Shown here piece by piece: positions 24,763-38,750 of a stretch of DNA of 64,000 bases. Under the pieces are notes generated by a model. It saw only the letters and a list, made by a program, of their open reading frames with translations. It was not told the DNA's origin and did no database searches. Position numbers and translations under genes: made by a program. The first letter of the stretch is position 1. The number at the start of each line of letters is the position of its first letter. The stretch is from positions 28,780,464 through 28,844,463 of the forward strand of contig NC_043011.1 in the NCBI RefSeq assembly GCF_006345805.1, in the 5' to 3' direction. The DNA is from Octopus sinensis (taxonomy: Eukaryota).

Positions 24763-25145
<383 letters not shown>

Positions 25146-26179
25146 TTTATTTAGAAATCTATGCACTCACCTACGCATGCATTCACACAAACACACACAC
25201 ACACACACACACATGAACATACATATTTTACTTCGGTATGCTGCAAACACATGCACACACCCATTTTCATACATCCACAAATGATAGTTACATTAAATAC
25301 AAATTTCGATATTAAGTTCGGTTTTATTTTGGAACCATCAGAATTAGTAAAATATGAACGAGTGCAATGAAGATCAAATGAGGCAACACTATAAACGATG
25401 GCAATAAATTCCATTGGTTGCAGCAGTTAAAGAAATGAAAGGAAGAAGATATACCCCACAAGTGAAGCTATAAACAAATATGAAGATTTATATCCATTTT
25501 TACATCGGGAAATCCTGTTGCTGAATATAAGTACTACTGAATACTTTATACAAAAAGAAAAAAAAAAAAAAAGAAAAAGAAAAATGGAACTATCGCCCTC
25601 CAGTTTTCATATCACTTTTGTGACACATTAAAAAAGGTAACAGCCAGCGAAAGTAATTCGAAAGAATGCTGATGGTTTTGTGATATAGAATAACGAGGAC
25701 AAATCGTAATAAATCTACGTAGTATTTCAATGAACGTATGTATCTAGCACGTGAATACCAAAATGGCCGACATTTAGTTGAAGGCTAGGAAAACGGATAT
25801 TTCCGCTCGACTTGAAAGAAATAATTATTACTTGATGAAGAAATTATAATTACTATGATTCATTTTTATCAAGGCTGATTTTCTGAAATGCTTGAAATCT
25901 TAATTACTCACAAATTTTCATGCTTTTTTTTCTTCTTTTGTCTATCATCTGTCATCTAATCTGTGTCTTCACCTGTCGGGTGTGTCCTGTTTGAATAGAG
26001 GCAGTCTGAACAGTATTCCAGCTGTGACCGTTTCGTCTTTTTTTGTCGCGTATCGGTTATATAATACTGTGTTATCCTATATATATATATATATAGGAAA
26101 AGGAAAGATCCAAGGAAGGGAAGACGGAGGACAAAAATCGCCAACGATACACACACATATATATATATATATTTGTATA

Positions 26180-26471
26180 TATATAAATTAGAGAAAAAAC
26201 ACTATTATGAAATTCAAACAATGATAGACATAAACCAAATCATAAATAAAAATTAAAATATATATTTTTTTAGAAACATATAACTAGATCACAAAAATAT
26301 AAAAATGAATAGTCAATATATAATAAGTAATAAGTAATACTCATTACTTATACTTTTTGTGATTTAGTTATATGTTTTTTAAAAATATATATTTTATTTT
26401 ATATTTATGATTTGGTTTATGTCTATTATTCTATGAATTGCATAATAGTGTTTTTTCTCTAATTTATATAT
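26180..26471. repeat. AT-rich imperfect fold-back (~290 bp) between (TA)n tracts
   Basis: TAAATTAGAGAAAAAACACTATTATG...GATAGACATAAACCAAATCATAAATA mirrored by TATTTATGATTTGGTTTATGTCTATT...CATAATAGTGTTTTTTCTCTAATTTA. Confidence 0.9.
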
Positions 26472-26543
26472 TATATATTTATGTTGTGAAATTGATTTAA
26501 TACTAAATTGAATTTTTCCCTGTAAGTTTGGAGTTATACTCCG

Positions 26544-26595
<52 letters not shown>

Positions 26596-26673
26596 ATATA
26601 TTATATATAATACATACACGATATATATATATATATATATATATAATGTATATATATATATATATATATTATA

Positions 26674-26705
<32 letters not shown>

Positions 26706-26779
26706 ATGTATATATATACACACACACACGCACACACACACATATATACATACACACACGCACATAGATATATGTATAT

Positions 26780-27135
26780 TATTTGTTTCAGTCATTAGAC
26801 TGCGGGCCTGCTGGGGCACCGCAATGAAGAATTGTTAGTCGAATAAATGGACACCAGCACTTACTCCTTTTTCAAATCCATGTCCCTATTCTAGCGGTCT
26901 TGACGAACCGCTACGTTATGGGAACGTAAACACATCGACTCTAGTTGTCAAGCGGTGATAGGACATACACACATACACAAGCACAAACACATACACATAC
27001 ACACACACTCACACCATGCACACACACACGCACACACGCGACGGGCTTTTTTTCAGTTTCCTACTACGAAGACACTTCCCCAAAGTACCACGCTGTGGGA
27101 CTGATCCCGGAACCATGTGGTTGGGAAAAGCAAGC
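26780..27135 (-). mobile_element. SINE family B, degenerate
   Basis: Homology to 13345-13760. Confidence 0.7.
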
Positions 27136-27230
27136 TAGTCACAGATATAATTATTCTGAAGACGGAAGATGTATAATTTAAAGGAAATCTGGCTGGTCCC
27201 GAATTATGTGATATGAGGTTACTATGCTTA

Positions 27231-27440
27231 GGCGGCGAGCTGGCAGAACCGTTAGCACGCCGGGTGAAACGCTTTGCGGTATTTCACCTGCCACTACGTT
27301 CTGAGTTCAAATTCCGTCGAGGTTGACTTTCCCTTTCATCATTTCGGAGTCGATAAATTAAATACCAGTCAAGTACTGGGGTCGATCTAATCGACTTACC
27401 CCACCACAAATTTCAGGCATTGTACCTATAGTAGAAAGGA
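27231..27440 (+). mobile_element. SINE family A
   Basis: Family A head and body; TATGCTTAG on both flanks. Confidence 0.85.
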
Positions 27441-29497
27441 TTATGCTTAGACCGCGTGGGCGTGTGTGTGCGCGTACGTATGTGTGTGTGCCCGTGAGTG
27501 TGTACATGCTCGCTCGCTCGCTCACATGTGTGATTTCATTGTATGTACGGATGTATGATAGCTGAATGATTAAAAAATTTGTGTTACAATCATGAGGACT
27601 GGGTTTCGTTCCGATCGCGTGGAATCATGAGTAAGACTGGGTTGACGAAAATGTGTGGAAGCCCATCGGAATGCTTGTACATCTAATTTAGTGGTCCAAC
27701 TTTGTTATATATTGTATAATGCTGATCCTGCTTCAAAACTATGCTATGTATCCGTGTGTTTGTGAAATAGTCATTTATATGCTAATTCAATGAGAAGCTA
27801 CCCCGGTTGATCAATCAACTGAATACTCAGCGTCGATACCGACGCAGATCCATTTACTGTTACTTTAGTGTATATGGTATTATAACGTCAAGTAAATGTT
27901 TTGCTATAAACGTAGATGTTCATGTTTGTTGTTTAACCGCATGTGAATCTTGATCGTGCAACTCTGTGCTCAAAGGCATTCTAGACGTGACCGTCACATC
28001 TTATTTTTCCAGGATTACGCTATCCAACGCGTTCTTCCCCTGTTTTTTTTAATCTTGCAAATATTTAGTTTCTATTTCTAGCAGGTCTAACAACCATGTT
28101 GAAGATTCCTCATTCGTTCATAGTTTGGTTACTAGATAGATTTCTATTGCATAGACAGCGCATTGTAGAGAATTTTTTCTTTCCCTTCTCTCTCTGACAT
28201 CAAAAGCATGCAAACACATACACACACATACATACATACATAAACACAAACACACGCACACACACATACATAAACACAAACACACGCACACACACATACA
28301 TAAATATATACACACACTTATACGTACATACACATATACATACATGCATACATAAACACACACACACATATACACGCGTTATTTTGTATTTCTTTATCAT
28401 TCAGTGTGCTTACTATAAGAGAGATGTGGATTTTAAACCTCCCCAACCAGTGCATATTTTGACATATTTTTGTTATCATGAAGTGATTTCATAAAAGTAT
28501 TAAAACTGTACTCTGCAGGGATTGAAATACTTTGAATGTTAGCATTTGGGAATTGGCAGTAGTTAGAAACTATGTCAATATAGCTTGCTTTCATATAATT
28601 ATCTACACAGACAAAAATGTACAAATAGACTCGACATTTTCTGTCACTGTTTATGACATGTTTCTCTAACATGCTTTACTCAGTTTTAATCAACAGTATT
28701 ATAAATTTCTACTATGTAAACCTGCCTTGGTTGCTATGTCGCTCCTTGTACTTTGTCTTTGTCAAAATTGGACATCTTACAACTTATGTTGCTTCGTAAT
28801 GATTTTACATTCCATTTGTTTTGCGTTACAACACAATTTCACTCGATCAAGGAATTGGTTTTGTGAAGCAATTACAAATCTCTTAGATTCTGAATCGAAC
28901 ATCTGTCTTTTAAATTAGATGAACAATTCACTTTCAGTCTCTTTGTTACTGTTAAGTACTATGTTTCACATTGACTTTAATTTTCTGGGGTAACTTAACA
29001 TTTTTGATTGCTAGATTTTGTTTCTAAGCCACCTTGTACTTTTTTCAATAAATTCCTCCAGTTAAAAATACCTTTTGTTCTTTTCGTGATTACAAATATG
29101 ATATTGAGGTTTTCACGGATGGTCCAATCGATAGAAGGGCGTATTCCCAGCTAAAGAGCTGATGGCATTTTTGTATTGCAAACTGTTCTAGCATAATTTC
29201 TAAATCTAATACACAGTCTTTTCAAACGGTCTAGTTCCTCTATACACTTATGTTAATAGATACCATGTGTAGGTAGAGTCGACTTCTGTATGTTGTAAGA
29301 AAACTGCATTATCATCAGGTGTTATGGTTACTCGCAGGACTTTTATTGAAATCCTACCTTGAGGATGCTTCGATAAGAGAGATAGGTTCTAGCCAGTCGG
29401 TCATGGGTTTAAAGTTTTTAAAGCTTTATATGCACATAGCGGAACAAACCGACTGGCAAGACCAGCCGTGATGGATATTTAATTCCTTACATTTCGG

Positions 29498-29534
<37 letters not shown>

Positions 29535-29535
<1 letters not shown>

Positions 29536-29605
29536 ATATAATTATAACAATAAGGGTTTTGCAACAAGTTGCTTGTTGCCAAACCCTTATTGTTATAATT
29601 ATATA
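29535..29605. repeat. 34 bp-arm near-perfect palindrome
   Basis: Arms 29535-29568 and 29572-29605, one mismatch, 3 nt loop, adjacent to (TA)n. Confidence 0.9.
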
Positions 29606-29716
29606 CAAGAAAACGTTTTGTATAAGTTTTTACCGAATATGGTCCTTTTTCATACCGAAAAACTACTAGGTGAAATTTGATGATTTTATTAAATTAATTA
29701 TCTTTCACCCTATATC

Positions 29717-29756
<40 letters not shown>

Positions 29757-30109
29757 AAATGACGTAATGATCCTTGCTGTTCCAGTATTTGAGACAGTCA
29801 TTGCAAGAGGCTGATCTGCCTTGGAATTTAGCCTTTCCTTTTACTGTTCCCAAGTTATTTTTGCAAATATTTTATTGCTTTTATTATAGAAACGTTCTAG
29901 TTTAACAACTCACCTCACCCCATCCAGCTGTTGTGAATATAATATACATAATAATAACTATCAATAATATATATTAATTTTATATAATTTAATTTTTAAG
30001 AAAATACTTTTGCTTAAATTTCTTTTCTTTATATCTAATTCAATTACAAATTCTAGTTAATCACATTAAAAAACGCAGCTTACTCTCAATAAAAATTGTG
30101 ACAATGCTG

Positions 30110-30251
30110 CTGCCACCACCACCACTACCACACAACCACCACCACCACTACTACTACTGCTACTACTACTGCTACTACTACTGCTACTACTACTGCTACT
30201 ACTACTGCTACTACTACTGCTACTACTACTACTACTATTACTACTACCACC

Positions 30252-30294
<43 letters not shown>

Positions 30295-30378
30295 TACTAC
30301 TACTACTACTACTACTACTAGAAATCATCATCATCATCATCATCATCATCAACATCATCATCATCATTATTATTATTA

Positions 30379-30430
<52 letters not shown>

Positions 30431-30452
30431 TATTATTATTATTATTATTATT
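30110..30452 (+). repeat. Compound trinucleotide tract (CAC/TAC/TGC/CAT/TAT)
   Basis: Direct reading. Confidence 0.95.
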
Positions 30453-31450
30453 TAAGATTCTGAGTAATAATCTAATATGGTTCTGCTATTCTTTTATATT
30501 TACTCATGTCCACAGTTTAGTGTTATTGACGTATTGATCACCTAATACACACACGCACACACGCGCGCGCATACACACACACACACACACACGCGCATAT
30601 ATGTTCATTGGTCAATACATATATCTATATATTTGTCTTCAGGTCTCTATATACGTCTTCGTGTCCATACATTTGTTTCTTGTCTTCCAAAACAACATTG
30701 GCAGCAGTATCAAATAGATGAACAGACAAATAGAAATTCGGCTGTACAGTTAAGAAGCTTGTTTTATAATCACGCGGTTTCGAGTTCAGTCCCAGTGCAC
30801 AGCACCCTGGGCAAGTGTCTTCTATTATCGGCTCAGGTCGACCAACTTCTTGTGAGAGTATTTGATGGACGGGAACTACGTAGATGCCCTTCATGTATAT
30901 ATCGCTGGATGACTTCAGTGAAGTCCTCTCAAATGCAAGCATTCGTTCCTGGTTTTCGGTTCAAGATGCGTTCTTCTTTTTCTTTTTCCCTTCCTCTAGT
31001 ATCAGTGGCCCAGTAAAGGGTTTTGTGTACTGCCCTGCCTTCAAACCAATTAATAGAGGGTCTGCTGTGTAAACCATTCTATTTCGGTTCAAGCCTAATA
31101 AAAGACTCCAACTGAGTAACTCTAACCAACGAAAAACTCGGCAACCATGCAGTACCCATACACTGATCAGCTTTATCTTCGCTTAGAATATATATGTCCG
31201 CATATATATGTATATGAGTGTGGGTGTGAGTGTGTGTGCGCGCGCGTCTTTGTGTCTGCGTGTCTTTGCGTTTAACCCCACTACCGTTTGACGACCGGTG
31301 TTGGTTTAAGTCCCCGTGGCTTAAACCTATAGAATAAGGACTTAAAAAGAAAAAAAAAAAAAAAACTAAGCCCTAGCGTCGATTTTTCGCCTATATTCTT
31401 CATGTCGGTACTCAAGCACGGCCGCAGTCAAACGAATGAAACAAGTAAAA

Positions 31451-32257
31451 GATAGACAAATAATCCTTTCTATAGGAAAAGTGGAGGCACATGACCTAGA
31501 GGTTAGAGCAGCGGAATCGCGGTTGAGGAAACGCGGGTTCGAATCTCAGACCGAGCGATGTGTGTGCTTATGAGTGAAACACCTAAGCTCAACGCGGCTA
31601 CTGCAGAAGGTAATGGCGAACTTCTGCTAACTCATTCACCACAACTTTCTTTTTCCGATGTTTCAACGATTTTGTCAAAGAATCGCTCGTAATAACTCTT
31701 TCTACAATTGGCACAAGGCCGGATATTTTTTGGGGAAGAGGTTGTCGATTATATCGACCCCAGCTTTATCTTCGTATAGAATCGCTTTTTACTGCGGGTT
31801 AGTCCGAGAAAGTTAAGCGCGGGCATGGTTGTTACATGATCTACACTGCTTAACAACTGGTGGCTAAGTGGTTCAACAAATAAAGTTCAGTAAAATAAAA
31901 ACCATATCTAGATATAAGTACTGTGGTTGATACGATGAAAAAAAAAAACAAAATGCCTTGAAGGAGAAACCCTAGCACAGCCGTAGTCAATAAGGGAAAC
32001 AAGTAAATACGATTGTAGTCCGTGATAGACAAATAATCCTTTCTATAGGAAAAGTGGAGGCACATGACCTAGTGGTTAGAGCAGCGGAATCACGGTTGAG
32101 GGAACGCGGGTTCGAATCTCAGACCGGGCGATGTGTGTGTTTATGAGTGAAACACCTAAGCTCAACGCGGCTCCTGCAGTATCAAATAGATGCACAGATA
32201 AATAGAAATTCGGCTGTACAGTTAAGAAGCTTGTTTTATAATCACGCGGTTTCGAGT
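31451..32257 (+). repeat. Local rearranged duplication including SINE C heads
   Basis: 31451-31606 recurs at 32024-32179 and is fused to a copy of 30704-30785 (32176-32257). Confidence 0.85.
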
Positions 32258-32566
32258 CCATGACATGATCCAAACCATTCACTTTTTAGCCGATAGATCA
32301 ATCTTATATCATCCTCACCAGCTGTGACTACTCTGTTCCAATACCTATATATGTATCTATATACAGGTACTCTGCTATAGTACCTATATATGTATGAATA
32401 TATATTTTTTATCACATAGTTCTGGATATGTCTACTATATGACATTGTTTGATCTCAATATTCCGACAAGGAAACTACTTAAGTTCTCATATTAATCAAC
32501 TGATTTCCAGCAGAGATACAAGGCCACGAATTCTATGTATACACACACGCACGCACACACACATGT

Positions 32567-32645
<79 letters not shown>

Positions 32646-33552
32646 TTCATACATACATTCATACATACGTACATACATACATACACACATACACATGTAT
32701 ATTATATATATATGTATGTACGTATGTATGAATAATATATATGTACATTATATATATATATTATTCATACATACATACATTCATACATATGTACATACAT
32801 ACATTCATATATATGCACACACATACGCAAAGACACACACGTACACACACACACATATATATATATATGTACATACATACACACATAGATAGACACACAC
32901 ATGCACACACACTCACACACAATTTAAGTATATTATTGGGGAATGTGTATAATCGATTATATCGACCTCAATACCTTACTGATAATTAAGCTTACCGACC
33001 ACTAAAGTATGTAAGGTGAAGTTGATCAGGATTTCGAGCAAGGAACACAGGAACGTAACTAAATATCACAAAGCATTCTTTTCATAATCGCTCAACTGAT
33101 GCTAAACTAACGAAAGAAAAAAAAATGCAAATGTACACAAACATACGCACACAAACGTTTCATTTTCAATGAGTAGTATCCATTTAAGTATCACTGTGAT
33201 TTAACCTCGAGTCAATTTTGATTGAAAGCATTCTGGCAGCGAACATTTATTATTTGTTTTAGACAGACAAAGTGTATCTACAACTATATCTAATGTGACC
33301 TTTCTTGTTTCAAGATAGCGTTCAGTTATATAAGGAAAATTTTGTTGTTATATCTGGAAGATCTAACGATTACTTAGTACTTAAAAGATTCCTCCTTATT
33401 TCGTTTAGGTTGTGTAATGCTATGCTGTACATTAATTGACTAACAGACATTATAGTGATAAGATGTAAAAATATCAATGAAAAGTATTTCTTTAATTTAA
33501 GATTTTATCTTCATAGGAGATTAAGTGTAAACAGTAGCTAAGATTACTAAAT

Positions 33553-33965
33553 AGCGAGCTGGTAGAAGCGTTAGCACACCGGGCGAAATGCTTAGCGGTA
33601 TTTCGTCTGCCGTTATGTTCTGAGTTCAAATTCCGCCGAGGTCGACTTTGCCTTTCATCCTTTCGGGGTCGATTAAATAAGTACCAGTTACGCACTGGGG
33701 TCGATGTAATCGACTTAATCCGTTTGTCTGTCCTTGTTTGTTCCTCTCTGTGTGTAGCCCCTTGTGGGTAGTAAAGGAATAGGTATTTCGTCTGCCGCTA
33801 CGTTCTGAGTTCAAATTCCGCCGAGGTCGACTTTGCCTTTCATCCTTTCGGGGTCGATTAAATAAGTACCAGTTACGCACTGGATTCGATATAATCGACT
33901 TAATCCGTTTGTCTGTCCTTGTTTGTCCCCTCTGTGTGTAGCCCCTTGTGTGCAGTAAAGAAATA
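33553..33965 (+). mobile_element. SINE family A tandem dimer
   Basis: Full copy followed by a headless second unit restarting at GGTATTTCGTCTGCC. Confidence 0.88.
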
Positions 33966-34134
33966 AGATTATGTTACATTTAAACAAGCTCTATGAGTTC
34001 AAGTTACCCAGATATAAAATAAATTTTTTGTCACCCGGGCCTGTTCTTTGGTCCACAAAAGCGAAGTATATACTTTTTGTAAATGATGAAACAGTACTGA
34101 GAATATAGGTTAGCAGGTGGGTGGGGGTGATGAA

Positions 34135-34625
34135 GGAGGATGAAGAAACTTGGTCTTGTGTCGGCGTTAACTCAGGACGAGTTGAAGCAGTTCTATCTTG
34201 CAAATCTGAAATGTCACGAACACAAGCCATTCATGCTCAGTGATCACAGACTTTTGACGCGAAAATTGTCAACTGGTCGCAATCTCAAAGATGGACATCA
34301 TACAAACGAAGAAGGGACATCGATTAAAGGCCAGATTTGATCGTACTCATCCTTGCTTTCAGGTGTCCGCCTCTCTGTTGATGCCATCCTAGAGAGATTT
34401 TGGCTCGTCTACATCACAAATGAGTTTGTCCTATGAACGACTGAATCGCGGCCAACCAACGGCAGCGCCTTTTGGGCAAGATGATGAACTTCAAAGTTTC
34501 ATACAAAATCCAAATTGTTAAAGCGGAAGAATCGCTGAAGGCAAAAGCGGTCAAATATTTGCAACATGCCCCAGCCTGCAGTCTGATACAGGATGGTGCA
34601 AATGTTATTGTGACCAAAGTCAGCA
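34135..34625 (+). mobile_element. Degenerate LINE (RTE-like) endonuclease-region fragment
   Basis: ORF 34140-34340 contains SDHRLLTRKL, the APE C-terminal SDH motif. Confidence 0.55.
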
Positions 34626-34734
34626 TCGACGAAAACAGAATGTAGCACGCATAGAGGTGACATAAACATCTCTCTCTTTCTCTCTCTACCTCAATCTCTC
34701 TCTTTCTCTCTCTCTACCTCTCTTAGCTCTTAGA

Positions 34735-35390
34735 TCCGCCAGTGCTGTCAGCAAAACGGGCAACAAGCCTTACCCAATCATCTCGATTGCTGACTTTCTT
34801 CTTAGTTCCATTCGGGCCGACTCTCATCGCTATCATGTCATCTCGGAACGTACAGCACCACCTCTTACTTGATCTCCCTCTCATTTATCTTTCTCCTTCT
34901 GGCGTCGACTCCATTATGATGGTAAGATATCTCTCCTGTGGTAATCGAAGCACATCGCCAGTTAGCCGTATCCGCCACTCAGCAACCTATAAACTTCCTA
35001 TTTCAGCTCTTCGTTTCTCACTTTGTCTCGGTAAGAGATGCCCAGAATTGAACGTATGCAATGTCGATGGAAGACGTCCAGCAATTGAGCGATTTTCGCT
35101 GTCTTCTTCCTGGTTCACAAGCGTAGATGGCTGCTGCATCGCCCTCGTTGACAATACAGCTTATCTACGTATCTGAGCTCCACTAATTGTCATGATTTGG
35201 GTCTTTTCAGCACTAATCGGCAGAACGGTTTTCGCCCTCAAACTATATAGGCTATCTGTCATGGCAAGCAGCATATCTCTGTCGGAGATCAGTAACGTCA
35301 AGTCGTCTGCGAAAGCCAAATTTATCAGTTTCCCAGGTTTCCACGTTTCGTAATCAGTGAAATAGTTTTTACCCAAATTTCTCTGTAGGC
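34735..35390 (-). mobile_element. RTE LINE 3' fragment (RT domain to C-terminus)
   Basis: LINLAFADDLTLL...ISAEKTQIM; downstream LTGDVLRLPQERY and GRSSKRW motifs. Confidence 0.85.
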
Positions 35391-35663
35391 ACCCTCACAT
35401 TACGGAAGCGATGCGGTCTTGAAAATCTCGTCGTAACATAGAATTTCGTAACGTGAAATCAAATTTCCTGTTGAATTCCATAATACATAGCAGTCGAGCG
35501 CAAAATACATTTCGCGTTACGAAATTCCACTTTACGGTGATATTTTCAGGAACGCAATGCCTCCATAACGCAAGGACTGACTGTATTCTTTCGATCATTC
35601 AAAGATCTGGTAAATACTACGATACTACACACACACACACACACACACACAGACACACACACA

Positions 35664-35703
<40 letters not shown>

Positions 35704-36292
35704 TTACGCATCGCCGAAGAGCTCTAACAATAACGAAACGTAAGAAATTGTCATCTTACTGAAGATAAAAACTCACTTCCCACAGCCTGCCTCACTCCAC
35801 CGATTGAAGTTTTGATAAATTTAGGCTTCAGAATTAACTCATCTTTTTGGACAACAATCTATGATTAATACTATTAACTTGTCTCTTCATTATCTGTTTC
35901 ATTTTTTCTTTTAGCTCACTACATTAAATATTATATTCGCACTTAAGTACGCGTTTATAATAACCTGCTGACTTATAATTGTGTAAGAAATTTGCAGCTT
36001 AAAGCATACGGTTTGAATAAATTTTATAGATTCAGTGTTCCGTCTTCAGTAGATTGCGCTTTCTGTGGTTATTTTCCCGAACTACCGTTTCAATTCCAGA
36101 CAGCTAAATTACACAGATTATACAAAATCCCTTTTATGCTGTCTAAAACAATTTATTTAACGATCGTTTGTGCCAGAAGCTTAAAATCTCCAACTGACCC
36201 CTGCATTCAATGATTGTACATGTGATCACCATGTTATTAACTCTTCTATAATGATATCAGGACTTCAGTATCCTTTATGTTAGTAAAATTAC

Positions 36293-36348
36293 CTTCAGAC
36301 TGGACGGTTTTGGACGTAATATCACAGGCGGCTGATGTCCTTGGCTTT
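36293..36348 (-). CDS. Candidate 56 bp exon
   Basis: Acceptor ATCTTTTAACAG, donor AAG|GTAATT; open frame (E)SQGHQPPVILRPKPSSLK ends in phase 0, matching the 15542 acceptor. Confidence 0.35.
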
Positions 36349-36420
36349 CTGTTAAAAGATCATTGAACCAATAAAAAAGTTTTTTTCACAGCAACAACAA
36401 CAACAACAACAACAATAAGA

Positions 36421-36500
<80 letters not shown>

Positions 36501-37297
36501 AAGATAGCTCATGATGCCTCTGTATATGTTATCTTTATCGAAATGTATTTCTTGTATGTGAACCTAACATACAAACACACTCGCACAGATATATCACAAA
36601 CACAAATGAAATAGTTACGCGTATGTCTACATATTGTATATTATTTGTTTATTATTTTATTCTTAAAGAAGATATAAGTTTTCAGTACCCCTATAAAAAC
36701 GATCAAAATATATTTTCCTGACCTAACGAAATTGCTCCAATAAAAGTTCATCTTATTAGTTATTGTTGTTGTTGTTTAGTTTAAAACAATTCTAGCCTTT
36801 ATTACCCAGTCTTTATTTCACGAATTGTGTACCTCAGACTATATCATCCGAAGTATCAATTTTTTTTAGAGAGAGCAAGGTATGATTTGAATGTATTTTA
36901 CTACGTCTAGCAGGCTGACGACAGCTTAGAGGCATCTTCATTGGCACGTTAATTCATGCGAGCATGAATTTCTGGTATCGACTGAAAACATAGCCCATCT
37001 AACTAATGTTGACACCAATAGTTGACAATTTACATCGCAAGATTGTAATTTGTTTTCATAAAGATATTTTCATGTGAAATTATGTTCCAAAATGAAATTT
37101 CATTATATTTTACATAGGCCACTACCAACTGCTTCATGTCTTCTTGTGACGTCATGCTAGCATTGGTGATTCGTAAGCCATCAAACCAACGAGAGATTTT
37201 TTTGTGTAGTCACTCAATCTGTCAGAAGGAGTTGTTAGATCTCTCTCAAATCACAACCTACTGCCTTATAAATAAAACAAGCACGTTAGCCACAATA

Positions 37298-37329
<32 letters not shown>

Positions 37330-37332
<3 letters not shown>

Positions 37333-37715
37333 CAATTTAGGAATGGCCTAGACAGGCATTCGTCACATAAAGAGCAGCCATAACTCCAAACGCGCCAAGT
37401 AGTGTAATTCGGAAAGAAGGTGAAATTTAAAAACATTTACCCTAATTCATCTTTTATACGATGCATCGTTTCAGTGTCTTTAATGATAGACCAGCTTAAT
37501 TAAATTAAATTAAGCTAGTCTACCATAGGTCACACTTTCATCAGTAAAAGAAACCTGGGAGAGACGGAATATACGAGGCGACTGTATCAATGCCTCGGGA
37601 ATATCTGTCTAAAATTTTCAAGACCCACGCATTCGCGCCAAACTATCGGCAGCAAATCTAAACTGCCGATTCAATCTCGAATTAGTCAGAAAATTATCAA
37701 TAATCATTTAGGGTA
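37330..37715 (-). mobile_element. ~385 bp non-coding element between (TA)n tracts carrying an intact hammerhead (PLE-derived or retrozyme-like)
   Basis: Unique sequence bounded by (TA)n on both sides, no ORF, hammerhead at 37450-37551. Confidence 0.6.
37450..37551 (-). ncRNA. Type I hammerhead ribozyme with 65 nt stem II, apparently intact
   Basis: Minus strand TCTTTTA-CTGATGA-[65 nt hairpin]-GAAA-CGATGCATCG-TA-TAAAAGA. 7/7 bp stem I, canonical core, palindromic stem III, GUA triplet; predicted cut between 37457 and 37456. Confidence 0.88.
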
Positions 37716-38750
37716 TATATATATATATATATTATACAAAAACGGCGGGATAGTATGGCTGTAATGTCTTCTTCGACACAATCTGATGTAACTTTGGGCT
37801 ATACAACAATAACAACATCAACAAAAACATCAACACAAACAACAACAACAACAACAACAACAGCAACAACGACTGTTATTCTTGAGTTATCTCAGATGTT
37901 CTACCCAGTCTGACAACATTTTCAGACGCAGAGTTTTGAAAAAAGTAATACACACCATTTTAGCGCGATGTCGTCAACATAATGAAGTAAAAAAAAGGAC
38001 AGGCGGTTACTATTACTCCATTTCCTTGAATTAAAGGGATGTGAAGTGTATTTTCTACGGACTGAATGCTTGTCCGTGTTCTTCATGTTCCATTCGAATT
38101 AAGTATACTGTCCAAACGAGACAAAACTAAGAAGCGTTTTGAGAAGTTGAAGTATAAACGCATAGTCTAAAGAGTTATTGCAATCAATAGCTTATCCAGC
38201 CGGATAACTCACCTTTAAGCACTTCCTCTCTATGTTCTCTATTGTTACATGCATGCTCAAATATGTGAAGAAGTTACCCACATTTCCTTGTGATCTTCCA
38301 CAGACCTCGGCAGAATTTGCATTATTGGTGAAATTTTGCAAAATTATTGTTTTGTCTGCCAATGTTCACGCCAAATGCCAGACACACTTCCCACAGTATG
38401 TTGCCGTGATGAAACTCATTAACGCTAATGACTCGTCTTCTCATTAAAGATTTAATTTCAATTGTCTAAAAATTATTTTTTTTAGCTTAGAACACTGTTA
38501 GCAAGCATTTAACTTCGCATATATTCTGTACTGTTATTAAACCCGTATTTTTCTCTTATAGATGGTTTCGTTCAACAGAAAATATTGCCAGATTATCTGT
38601 AAAATGCAAATCTTTTCAAGGAAACAGAAATTATAAACTGCACATCCATATGTTTATATGATTTTTTAAAATCAACTATCATAGAATCATGCAATTAGGA
38701 GGATTGTAGATAGCGAATGCAGTCCAGTCATTAATATATTACCGTCGTAA

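Noticed and set aside
27595-27640. CTCATGA-TTCC/GGAA-GAAAC on the minus strand
   Set aside because: Lies in a decayed SINE B head; stem I is absent.
28420-29400. Non-repetitive stretch with IEVFTDG (RNase H/transposase-like)
   Set aside because: A single short motif amid many stops; no family can be assigned.
32283-32332. Minus-strand mini-exon candidate VVTAGEDDIRLIYRLK
   Set aside because: Weak acceptor and phase incompatible with neighbouring candidate exons.
35710-35745. CCGAAGA-GCTCTAACAATAAC-GAAA-CG-TA hammerhead-like string
   Set aside because: Stem II is weak and stem I does not pair; at most a highly decayed relic.
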